Origin: an uncultured Verrucomicrobiae bacterium
Lineage (GTDB): Bacteria > Verrucomicrobiota > Verrucomicrobiia > Chthoniobacterales > Chthoniobacteraceae
DNA length: 64,000 nucleotides
Direction of reading: 5' to 3'
Assembly: GCA_963769025.1 (NCBI GenBank)
Contig: CAVYKI010000003.1
Span: 320,001-384,000 of the forward strand
A program made the translations under genes and the position numbers. The notes under the pieces are model-generated. The model saw only the letters and a list, made by a program, of their open reading frames with translations, searched no databases and was not told the origin of the DNA. Positions 47,812 to 57,410 of the stretch are shown here, in pieces (within the stretch, counting starts at the first letter, position 1; each line of letters begins with the position of its first letter).

Positions 47812-49810
47812 ATGTGCGGCATCGCAGGAATCATCGATCTCGTCCGGGCACCGACCCGTTCCGGAGGGGGCCATCCAGGCGATGTCCCGGGCGCTCTTCC
47901 ATCGCGGGCCGGATGAGGAGGGCTTCCTCCTGCGCCCGGGGCTGGCGCTGGCGTCGCGGCGGCTGAGCATCGTCGGGCCTCGCGGACGGCCAGCAGCCGA
48001 TGTCGAACGAGGACCGGAGCGTGTCCGTGGTGTTCAACGGCGAGCTTTTCGACCACGTCGAAAGGCGGGCCGAGCTGACGGCCGCGGGCATCGCTCGCAC
48101 ACGCATTGCGACACGGAGATCATCCCGCACCTGTGGGAGGAGCATCAGGAGGGGATGTTCGAGCGGCTGCGCGGACAGTTTGCGATCGCGCTGTGGGATG
48201 AAAGGCGGCGGCAGCTCATGCTCGGGCGCGACCGCTTCGGCATCGCGCCGCTCTACTGGACGCGGCAGGGCGACTGGCTGCTCTTTGCCTCGGAGATCAA
48301 GGGCCTGCTCGCCTCGGGAATGGTGCCGGCGAAGCCCGATCTGCGCGGGCATCGATCACATGTTCACCTTTTCCGCCATGCCGGGGCCGGTGACGTGTTT
48401 CGAAGGCGTGCAGCTTCTGCGCGCCGGGCCACTTTTTGGAGATCACGCCGGGCGACGCAAGGCGGCACGGCGCCTGCCGTCAGCGAGCGCGCCTATTGGG
48501 AGATGGACTTCCCGGATCAGGGCGACGAGGATCCGGGCGACGATCCGCAGAAGCTGGTGGATGAGTTTGAGCAGGTCTTGCTCGGAGCGGTGGAAAAACG
48601 GCTGCGCGCCGATGTGCCGGTCGGCGCGTACCTCTCGGGCGGGCGTGGATTCGAGCATGATCGTGGCGCTGGCCTGCAAGCTGAAGGGCCCGGCGATCAA
48701 CACCTACACCATCCGCGTGGACGACCCCGCGCTCGACGAACTCAGCGCGGCCAATCTTTCCGCCCGGCACATCGGCACCAAGCCGCCGATCGTGCAGGAC
48801 TTCCGCGCCGACGACGCGCTGGCGACCTATCCCGAGCTGATCCAGGCCGCCGAGGCGCCGGTCATCGACACCTCCTGCGCGGCGCTGCTGCAGCTCGCAA
48901 AGCGCGTCCACGCCAGCGGCCAGAAGGTGGTGCTCACCGGCGAAGGCGCCGACGAATGGCTGGTCGGCTATCCTTGGTACAAGGCTGGACCAAGCTGATG
49001 GGCATGCTCGATGTCATCCCCGGCCTGCGGCTGAGCGACGTGGCGCGCCGCGCGTATCTCCGGCTGAACAACGTGCCGCAATTTTCCCCGTGCGTCGCGC
49101 GCGGCGTGGAGGAATCCATCGGCGGGCCGAATGCGTGGATCGATTCCTACGGCCTGCTCGCGCTCTCGAAGCTGCGCTTTTACGCCGAGCCGATGCGGGA
49201 AGTGCTGCGACAAGACCGGCCCGTGGGCCGAACTCGGCATCGATCTGGAACGCGCCAAGCGCTGGCATCCGCTGAATCGCGGCATCTGGGTCGGCGGCAC
49301 GCGTCACGCTCGCCGGACATCTGCTGCAGGCAAAGGGCGATCGCGTGGCCATGCATTCCTCGGTGGAAGTGCGCTACCCGTTCCTCGACGAGGACGTCTT
49401 CGATTTCACCGCGAAGCTGCACCCGAACTGGAAGCTGCGCGGCTTCCGCGACAAACACCTGCTGCGCCTGCTCGCCGAGCGCTGGCTGCCGCCGCAGATC
49501 GCCCGCCGCAGCAAGGTCATCTTCCGCGCGCCGCTGGACAGCTTCCACATGGACCCCGAGCCGAAATTCGTCGCGGAACTCCTGAGCGAGGAATCGCTGC
49601 GCCGCACCGGCTATTTCGACATCGCCGGAGGTGCAACACTGGCGGAAAGACTTCCGCAAGATGCGCGCCGGCTCGCTGCCGCGCCTCTCGGTGGAGATGG
49701 GCCTGTGCGCCGTCGTCGCGACGCAGCTCTGGCATCACACATTCATCGACGGCTCGCTTGCCGACCTGCCCACGAGGGCGGGTTCCGGCAACACGGTGCA
49801 GCCGCGCTGA
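47812..49810 (+). CDS. asnB: Asparagine synthetase (glutamine-hydrolysing)-like amidotransferase (several indels)
   Basis: MCGIAG Ntn start, HRGPD, VFNGE, RDRFGIAPLY, LSGG(V)DSS, LTGEGADE, SVEVRYPFLD. Confidence 0.9.
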
Positions 49811-49931
49811 ACGACATCGCGGCAACCGATGTGCGGACGGATACATCCGACATGTCCACCGCCCGCGATAGGAAGGCGGAGGGCTACAGTCGCTGCGGAT
49901 CATTCCGGCTCACAGCAGCCCGACCCTTGTC

Positions 49932-50165
49932 ATGAAACGAAACATCCTCATCGGCGGCGCGGCAGAAACCGGAGAAGCGGGTCCTTTCCAAACGGGACAG
50001 GGGCCAGCGGAGGACACCCTTTCTCTGTCCCCTCCTGCCAAACCGACGCAGGTCATCACACGAATGATCCTCCGGCTCCCCTCCGCGCCGGCGCTCCCGG
50101 GTGAAGGTGCCGTCGCGAGCGAGAGTCCGGCCGCCGAACCGCTGAAAGTCGACACGGGCTGCTAA
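49932..50165 (+). CDS. Possible small hypothetical protein
   Basis: Short ATG ORF filling the intergenic gap; no motif. Confidence 0.25.
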   Translation: MKRNILIGGAAETGEAGPFQTGQGPAEDTLSLSPPAKPTQVITRMILRLPSAPALPGEGAVASESPAAEPLKVDTGC

Positions 50166-50196
50166 TTCGGATCCCCAACTTCAAGCCCCATATCCC

Positions 50197-50784
50197 ATGT
50201 CCAAGACCGCCGTCATCTGCATCACCCAGTCCCGCCTCCAGACCGAGCGCATCATCGATCGGCTGAATGTGTGGGGCTTCGCCTACTCGGACATCTCGGT
50301 GCTCATGCCGGAGGGCGATGCGGAGCACGGCATCGGCCACGTGAAGGCGAGCAAGGCGCCGGAAGGCACCGCCGCGGGAGGCATCACCGGTGGAATCGCG
50401 GGCGGAGTCATCGGGCTGCTCGCGGGCCTCGGTGCGCTCGCCGTCCCCGGTGTCGGGGCGTTCATCGCGGCGGGGCCGATCATGGCGGCGCTCAGCGGTG
50501 CCGCGCTCGGAGCTGCGACCGGGGGAGTCCTCGGAGGCCTGATCGGGCTCGGCATTCCGGAGATCGAGGCAAAGATTTACGAGGAAAAACTCAGGACGGG
50601 CAACTACCTCATCGCGGTCCACGCGCTGGATGAGGAGCAAATCGCGCAGGCCAGCGACATCTTCGAGGAAGCCGGTGCGCAGGACATCTGCACCACGAAG
50701 GAGGCGTCGCTCCCCAAGCAGGCAACGGCCGCGAATCCGCCGACAGTTCAACGCGGACAAGTGTACGGCCACGGCGTTCACTGA
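50197..50784 (+). CDS. General stress protein-like membrane protein with glycine zipper (DUF3341/YflT-like)
   Basis: DISVLMP, KAPEG, GxxxG repeats, GLGIPEIEAKIYE..LIAVH. Confidence 0.8.
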   Translation: MSKTAVICITQSRLQTERIIDRLNVWGFAYSDISVLMPEGDAEHGIGHVKASKAPEGTAAGGITGGIAGGVIGLLAGLGALAVPGVGAFIAAGPIMAALSGAALGAATGGVLGGLIGLGIPEIEAKIYEEKLRTGNYLIAVHALDEEQIAQASDIFEEAGAQDICTTKEASLPKQATAANPPTVQRGQVYGHGVH

Positions 50785-50865
50785 CGCACTGTCGCACCCC
50801 TCGCCGCCATCCCGCTTCCCATACGGCGGAAAGGCTGCGGCGCGGGACAATTCCGCGGCCAGCGT

Positions 50866-52518
50866 TCATGCCCCATCGCGGCTCCGCAACAGCTCGCGGA
50901 GGCGATCCAGATCCACGGGCTTCACCATGTATTCGTCGAAGCCCGCGGCCTTCGCCTTGGCGCGATCTTCATCGCTGCCGTAGCCGCTCATCGCCACGAG
51001 GAATGCGCCGGCGAGTGCAGGCATGGCGCGGAGGCGGCGCGCGACTTCGAAGCCGTCCATGCCGGGCAGGCCGATGTCGAGCAGCACCACGTTCGGTATG
51101 AATTCGGCGGCGGCGGCGACGGCATCCGGGCCGGTGAATGCGGTGCGCGTCTCGTGGCCGCGCCTTTTCTGGAGGATCGCCATGCTGCGCGTGGAGTCCT
51201 CGTTGTCGTCCACGATGAGGATGCGGCGCGGCGTCTCGCGCGCGGCGGGCGCGGACGGTGCGGGGACCGCGACCGGCAAGGCGAGGATGGGAAGGCGGAC
51301 GGTGAATTCGCTCCCGCACGTGAGGCCCTCGCTGCGCGCCTCGACGGTGCCGCCGTGCGACTGCACGAGCCGCCGCACGAGCGTGAGCCCGATGCCCAGC
51401 CCGCCGTGCTCGCGATCCAGCGAGCGGGTGGACTGCACGAAGAGATCGAAAATGTGCGGCAGCAGTTCGGGCGCGATGCCCATGCCGTCGTCGCTCACGC
51501 GCACGATCACCTCGGGCGCTCCGCCCCCGGCGGCGCGCTCGGCGCTCAGCCGGATGTGGCTGCCGGTGTAGCTGTACTTGCAGGCGTTCGTGAGAAGATT
51601 GCCGAAGACCTGTTCGAGCCGCGTGGAGTCCGCATTCAAGAAAATCGGCTCGGCGGGCAGCGAGACCGCCAGCTCCTGGCTGCGCGCCGCGATGCCCGGA
51701 CGCGCGATGCTCGCCGCGGCGTTCAGGATTTCCGCGAGCGCGGTGGGCTGCCGGCGCAGTTCGATTTTCCCCGCGGTGATGCGCGACACGTCGAGCAGGT
51801 CGTCGAGCATCCGGGCCATGTTATCGATCTGCCGTGCCATGATGGCCTGGGCCTCCGCGCGCTCCGCGGCCTCCGCGCCGGGGGTGCGCAAGATCTCCGC
51901 CGCGTTGCGCAGCGGCGCGAGCGGGTTGCGCAGCTCGTGCGCGAGCATGGCGAGGAATTCATCCTTGCTGCGATCGGCCTGCGCCATCTCCAAGGCGCGC
52001 ACGACGAGCGAGTCTTCCAGCGCGCGACGCTCGGAGATGTCGGTGAAATAGCAGACCACGACGTGCTCGCCGCCGGGCAGGGTGACGCGCTGCATTTCCC
52101 ATTCGTAGGATTGCACCGCGCCGATGTCCTGGCGGCGCTCGGTGAACGGAGGCGAGAGGTACTTTTCGCCGGTCTTCAGCGTGCGCCGGAAGATGTCCGC
52201 GATCTTCCCGCCGACTTCCGGGCCCCAGAGGATCCGGATGACTTCGGAAAAGTCGCGGCCAATCAGCGGTTTGACCGTGGCGAAGACCGGCATCGCGCGA
52301 CGGTTCACCTGCTGCACGCGGAACTGGGCGTCCACCACGTACATCCCGAACGGCGCCTGCTCGACGAGGCTGGAGAACAGGCCCTCGCTGGCGCGCAGTT
52401 GCGCATTCAGCTTCTGCGCCGCCTCCGCGAGCTCATGCTGCCGCACGGAGCCGAGCATCAGCGCCTCGTTCATCGCGAGCAATTTTGCCTGGAGCTGTGC
52501 GGCTTCGTCCATGGGCAT
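50866..52518 (-). CDS. PAS-domain hybrid histidine kinase with C-terminal receiver
   Basis: H box LAHELRNPL, N box NLLTNACKY, G boxes DDGMG and GLGIGL, receiver LIVDD..LLDIGLP..KP. Confidence 0.95.
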   Translation of the reverse strand: MPMDEAAQLQAKLLAMNEALMLGSVRQHELAEAAQKLNAQLRASEGLFSSLVEQAPFGMYVVDAQFRVQQVNRRAMPVFATVKPLIGRDFSEVIRILWGPEVGGKIADIFRRTLKTGEKYLSPPFTERRQDIGAVQSYEWEMQRVTLPGGEHVVVCYFTDISERRALEDSLVVRALEMAQADRSKDEFLAMLAHELRNPLAPLRNAAEILRTPGAEAAERAEAQAIMARQIDNMARMLDDLLDVSRITAGKIELRRQPTALAEILNAAASIARPGIAARSQELAVSLPAEPIFLNADSTRLEQVFGNLLTNACKYSYTGSHIRLSAERAAGGGAPEVIVRVSDDGMGIAPELLPHIFDLFVQSTRSLDREHGGLGIGLTLVRRLVQSHGGTVEARSEGLTCGSEFTVRLPILALPVAVPAPSAPAARETPRRILIVDDNEDSTRSMAILQKRRGHETRTAFTGPDAVAAAAEFIPNVVLLDIGLPGMDGFEVARRLRAMPALAGAFLVAMSGYGSDEDRAKAKAAGFDEYMVKPVDLDRLRELLRSRDGA

Positions 52519-52525
52519 TTCGCAG

Positions 52526-54093
52526 CTACCGTTTGGCCTTCGGTTCCGGCGCGGCTTCCTGGTTTTGCGCCATGCGCGGTCCGGTGCGCGTGGGGATTCC
52601 GGTGGTCAGCCCTTCGTAGTCCGTGCTGCGCGGACCGATGACGACGACGCCTTTGTCCGTGATGACATATTCGCGGATGTCCTTGCTGTGGTTCCCGCCG
52701 CGCATCTTGATCACGACCATCACCTTGCGGAGCTGGCCGTCGATCTCCACGTAGCGCATGCGGATGATGTCGTCGGTGAGAAACGAGATCGCGTACTGGC
52801 TGAACGGCATCGCGGTGAAGGTGTCCTCCACTTCCACCGTGCTGAGGATCGTGACCCCGACGCCGGTGAGCGCGCTGATCATCCGGTAGAGCGATTCGCG
52901 AAAGTCCGCGCGGAAGCCGGGCGCGAGCGCCATCTCGAATCCGACGAGCGAATCAATGACCAGCCGTTTCGCGCCCACGCGTTCGATGGCATCGAGGATT
53001 TCCTGCATGGTTTCATCCACCGAGAGATCGAGGGGACGGAGATAGAGGAGTTCGAGTTTTCCATTTGCTGCGGCGCCTTGAGATTCAGCCCGAAGCTTTC
53101 GGCGCGCTCGGTGTAGCCGTGCGGGCGCTCCTCGAAAATCGCCATGATGCCCGGTTCGCCGCGGCGCAGTCCCTCGGCGATGAATTGAGTGGCCAGCGCG
53201 GATTTTCCCGTGCCCGAGGGCCCGGCGATGAGGAGGCTGTCGCCTTCGAGCAGCCCGCCGCCGAGCATTTTGTCCAGCTCCGGGACGCCGATGGAAAGCC
53301 GCGGCGATGCGCAGGCTGCACCCTTTTTCCGACGAGGCCCAGCGTGCGCGAGAAGGCCTGCAGGCCCGCCGCACTGATGCGGACGGTGTGCAGCCCCGGC
53401 ACGGATTCCTGCCCGCGCAGCTTCATGATTTGCAGTTTGCGCACCACGGAATTCCGCTCCGCCACCTGCGAGAGCCAGAGCAGCCCGTCGGCGACGGTGA
53501 AGACGGGATTGTCGCGGATCTCCTCGTGGACATATTCGCCGACGAGAAACGTGGTCGCCTGCCAGCTCGTGAGAAATTGCGCGAGGCGCTGGATGAAATC
53601 CTGCATCTGGAATTCGCTCGCGCCGCTGATGGCCTTGCGCACCACGGTGCGGAAGGAATCCACCACGACGATGCCCGGGTTCATCGCCGCGACCTGCTTC
53701 GATGATTTCCTCGAAGACCGCTTCCAGGTCCTGCTCCATCACCAGGTCGCTCAGGTTGATGAAGCGGATGGCCTTGCCGAGCTTGGATGCGTCGAAGAAG
53801 GAATATTGCTGCTGATAGCGCAGCATCTTCAGCGCGGGTTCGCCGAGGACGGTGAAATAGAGCGCGGGCCGCTTCACGGTCGCATTCGCAAAAACGATCT
53901 GGTGCGCCAGCGTGGTTTTGCCGCAGCCGGGCGTGCCCGCGATGATGTTGAAGGAAAACTCCGGGATGCCGCCGCCGAGGATGTCGTCGAGCCCGCGCAC
54001 GCCGGTCGGCATTTTGCGAATCGTGACCTTGGCGGGCTGACTCGCCGCCTTCGCCGGCAGTTTGGATTTTTTGGCAGCGTTTTTCTTTTTCAT
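52526..54093 (-). CDS. Double-domain KaiC/RAD55-like ATPase; frameshifts at ~53700, ~53310 and ~53065
   Basis: TGVRGLDDILGGG, Walker A GTPGCGKT and GPSGTGKS, VVDS/VIDS, KLRG/KMRG. Confidence 0.88.
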
Positions 54094-54104
54094 GTTCTGT
54101 GTCC

Positions 54105-54527
54105 TTATTCAAAATCCAAACCGTCGAACGACAGTCTCGGCCATACCTCGCGCACCATCTGCAGCGCCAGATGCTCGCCGATGAATGTGACCAGCAGTCC
54201 GAGCAACTGCGCGACCAGAACCACATTGCCCACGGCCATCTCCTCCGCGTCTGCCCACACATCAGTTCCGTCGAATCCTTCCACAGTGCCGTCCGCCCTG
54301 ACCTGCAGCCTGCACAGCGACGGAGTCTCCGCTTTGGCCAGCATGAGTGCGCGCGAAATGAGCCCCCGGAAGCCGGTGGTCCCCATGAGCGTCGCCAGAT
54401 GCGGACGCAGCTTCTCGAATATCTGGAGAGCCGTGGGGCCATTGATCCCGGAGGATTTGTTTCCCTTCGTCTCATCGGCGATGAGACGCTCGGCGAAAGC
54501 CCGCAGCTTGGGAGTGGTCCGGCTCAT
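54105..54527 (-). CDS. Small helical hypothetical protein, first gene of the KaiC-like operon
   Basis: 140-aa ORF ending 11 bp before the ATPase start; LATLMGTTGFRGLISRAL and LLGLLVTFIGE. Confidence 0.75.
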   Translation of the reverse strand: MSRTTPKLRAFAERLIADETKGNKSSGINGPTALQIFEKLRPHLATLMGTTGFRGLISRALMLAKAETPSLCRLQVRADGTVEGFDGTDVWADAEEMAVGNVVLVAQLLGLLVTFIGEHLALQMVREVWPRLSFDGLDFE

Positions 54528-54630
54528 TTAGAAATCCAAATTGCACACGACCCAGCTTGGGCGTGACAGGGTGGAACCGCGAGTGGAAAAGGCGGCCGGT
54601 GCATGTCTGCAGTTTGTCATCCTCCATCCA

Positions 54631-54774
54631 GCGATGGGATGTCACGCAAAGGCGCAAGGACGCAAAGAAGAAGCTGAAGCGGACCAGCAGGCATTCACCC
54701 GGCGGGTGGGTGTGAACCAATGCACATCCCTTTGCGTCTTTGCGCCTTCACGTGACATCTCTTCATCCCATCGC
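54631..54774. repeat. Long imperfect inverted repeat (REP/MITE-like hairpin)
   Basis: 30-bp arms 54638-54667 and 54730-54759 with 3 mismatches; outer GCGATGGGATG/CATCCCATCGC; internal CGCAA(A/G)G periodicity. Confidence 0.8.
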
Positions 54775-54785
54775 CGCTTTCAGGG

Positions 54786-55060
54786 TCATTCGCTTCTCGT
54801 CCCGGCGCGCGCGCCGTATCGAGCGCGCCTGTCAGTTCCGCGACGCGATTCGCGCAGCGTTTTCCCCAGCACGCGCTCGCCGCAGCGCAGGCGCGCGAGG
54901 AGTTGCAGGCTGTCGATCGGCTTGCTGAGGAAATCATCCACGCCGGCTGACAATGCGGCGAGCGCATCCGCGGGCTCGGCTCGCGCGGTGACCATGACGA
55001 AGTAAGAGAGGATGTTGACACAGCCTGCCCGTCATTCGCCACGGTCACCTCGGGATTCGC
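54786..55060 (-). pseudogene. Response-regulator receiver remnant
   Basis: EVTVANDGQA joined out of frame to YFVMVTAR..ALSAGVDDFLSKP..LLARLRCGERVL; start and phospho-Asp strand absent. Confidence 0.6.
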
Positions 55061-55081
55061 AGACGCCGCCTGCGCCAGCGA

Positions 55082-55876
55082 TCAACGCAGCTTCGCCAGC
55101 GTCTCGCGGCCGAGGCGCTTGGTCTCGGTGTCGTCCTTTTCCACGCTCGCCATCGCAAGGCCCTTCGAAATCAAACGCCGCGCCTCTTCCTTCCTGCCCA
55201 TCGCCGCGTAGGTGCGCCCGAGCTCGATCTGGTGCATGAGACGGTTGGGATTGATCGCGATGGCCTTCTCGAAGCACGCCACCGCGGCCTCGTTCGTTGA
55301 GGAAGGCAGCTTGCCGTAGAGCATCGAACCCATCGCCCGCTTGAACGAGCTCACCTCGGCGATTGCCCTGTGCCAGCGCCCGAGGATGTACCAGGCCGTG
55401 TCGTTGCGCGGGTCGAGCCTGAGCGCCCTGTCGGCGGAGGCCTTGATGAGCGCCGACGCCTCGACCTGCTCCTTGCTGCCTTCGAACGGAAGCATCTTCC
55501 CGTACGTGATCGCGAGGGCCAGCTGCGCTTCGGAATCGTTCGGCGCGAGCGCAGCCGACCGGCGTGCGTATTCCAGCGCGACATTGCCGAGCAGGAGCTT
55601 CTGGTCGCGCGATGAGGCATCCGTCATCAGGTGGCGATACTGCCGTGAAATGTTGACCACGATGCGCACATTCTTCGGGTCCAGCTTTTGCGCCGGGAGA
55701 TAATATTGAAGCGCCTCGGTGGCTTGGAACGCCTTGTCGCAAGCATCTCCCTTTTTGATGAGCTCCTCGGCGGGGGTTTCGGCGCGGCCCGCCATGCAGG
55801 TGAGCACGAGCACCGCGACCGCGGAAATTACTTTGAGGGTGGGATGAATACTGCGGGAGGGAAGGAGGGGAGTCAT
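55082..55876 (-). CDS. Secreted TPR-repeat protein
   Basis: Signal peptide; repeats ALAPND, ALRLDPRN, AIAINPNR. Confidence 0.85.
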   Translation of the reverse strand: MTPLLPSRSIHPTLKVISAVAVLVLTCMAGRAETPAEELIKKGDACDKAFQATEALQYYLPAQKLDPKNVRIVVNISRQYRHLMTDASSRDQKLLLGNVALEYARRSAALAPNDSEAQLALAITYGKMLPFEGSKEQVEASALIKASADRALRLDPRNDTAWYILGRWHRAIAEVSSFKRAMGSMLYGKLPSSTNEAAVACFEKAIAINPNRLMHQIELGRTYAAMGRKEEARRLISKGLAMASVEKDDTETKRLGRETLAKLR

Positions 55877-56030
55877 TGGAGTTAACGACCAGTCGTTCGC
55901 ATTTGCTAACGATCAAATGAAAAATCATTCGGATTTGATCGCCCGACTCGCCCCGTTCGCAGGCACCGTCATCCCTCTGAAATCCCCGCCATCGGGACAT
56001 TCGCCGCGAGGGCTCATCTTTTCCCGCCTC

Positions 56031-57323
56031 TCAGCGGCCCTCGATGATCCGCCCTGCATTGAGCAGCTGCGCCTCGCCGAGCCGCGGGCCGATGAGTTGC
56101 AGGCTGGTGACCGGCACCGTCCTGCTCTTCACCGGAATCGGGATCGCGAGCGCGGGATTCCCAGCCAGGTTCACCGCCACCGTGGCCTGCACGGCCAGCA
56201 CGCGCGCTTCAAACGCCGGAGATCCCCCGAACAACGGAATCTTTGGCGGCAGGCTCTTGAGCGTCGGCAACGCGATGAGGTCCACCTTCCTGAACATGGC
56301 GTTCAGGGTGCGCTGCCATTGTGCCCGCCTCGTGAGGGCGGCCTCGTAGTCCGTTTTGTAGTTGATGGAGCCGAGAACGAGGATGGCCTTGGTCAGTCCG
56401 CTGACTCCCGTCTTGTCCATGAAATTGCCGTCAGTGAGCCAGCCGCTCGCGGAGGTGATGATGTCCCCGTCGCTTTCCGCCTGCTCCCACTGCGCCTTGA
56501 AAGCCGCGTCCAGCGCGACAACGTCGAACCCCCTCGCCGCAAGAGCTTCATCGATCGCGCGGTCGATTTTTTCGTCAGTCCCGTCCACGTAGAGCCGTCC
56601 GATCCGGATGCCGCGGGCGGAAGGCCGCGCTGCGGTGGCCCGCGCATATTTTCCGGCAAACCCGCGCTGCAACAAATCCATGCCCTGCACGACGCCACGG
56701 ATGTCCCTGGCCAGCGGGCCGACGGTGTCCAGGTGCTGCGCTGAGATCGGATACACGCCATCCAGCGGGATGAGCCCGAAGGTCGTCTTCAACCCGACGA
56801 CGCCGCAACAGGCCGCAGGGACACGGATGGAACCCCCCGAATCCGTCCCGAACGCGATGTCGGCACTGCCATTCGCGACCACCACCGCGGAACCGCTGGA
56901 CGATCCGCCCGGGATAATCCGATGCCTCCGGTTCACCGGGTTTTTCGGCGTTCCGAAATACGAATTGATGCCGGAAACCCCGAGCCCAAATTCCGCCAGA
57001 TTCGTTTTCCCGACGAGCTTTACGTTGCGCTCCCGGGCTATCGCCAGGCACTTGGCGTCCTTCACGGCCGGTGCATTGTTTTTTGCAAAATGTCGCGAGC
57101 CCGCCGTCGTCACCACATCCTGGATGTCGATGAGATCCTTGACCGCCAACCGCAGCCTCGCATCGTCCCCTCCGGGCGGCCAGTAGGCGGTATAGGCGCG
57201 ATCCGGGGAGCTGCGGGCGGCGCGGTTTTTGGGGGCGATGCAACCGGTGAAAAAGTTCACTGCCGCCGTCGCAGACAGGATGTATGCGACCATCCGGGAT
57301 CGGGTATCCATGGGAATCGGCAT
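56031..57323 (-). CDS. Amidase signature family lipoprotein (start approximate)
   Basis: Lipobox-like FTGC, AVKD (catalytic Lys), PGGSSSGS, GTDSGGSIRVPA. Confidence 0.9.
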   Translation of the reverse strand: MPIPMDTRSRMVAYILSATAAVNFFTGCIAPKNRAARSSPDRAYTAYWPPGGDDARLRLAVKDLIDIQDVVTTAGSRHFAKNNAPAVKDAKCLAIARERNVKLVGKTNLAEFGLGVSGINSYFGTPKNPVNRRHRIIPGGSSSGSAVVVANGSADIAFGTDSGGSIRVPAACCGVVGLKTTFGLIPLDGVYPISAQHLDTVGPLARDIRGVVQGMDLLQRGFAGKYARATAARPSARGIRIGRLYVDGTDEKIDRAIDEALAARGFDVVALDAAFKAQWEQAESDGDIITSASGWLTDGNFMDKTGVSGLTKAILVLGSINYKTDYEAALTRRAQWQRTLNAMFRKVDLIALPTLKSLPPKIPLFGGSPAFEARVLAVQATVAVNLAGNPALAIPIPVKSRTVPVTSLQLIGPRLGEAQLLNAGRIIEGR

Positions 57324-57410
57324 CGTCTCCGGCGCCGAATTTGGCAAGCCTAGTTTGGATCGCGGAGGCGTCCCCGATCGCTTCCGAAATGTACGGAAGC
57401 GCATTCCCGA

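Noticed and set aside
52526..54093. Circadian clock kaiC
   Set aside because: No kaiA or kaiB nearby and the tandem ST phosphosite is not conserved
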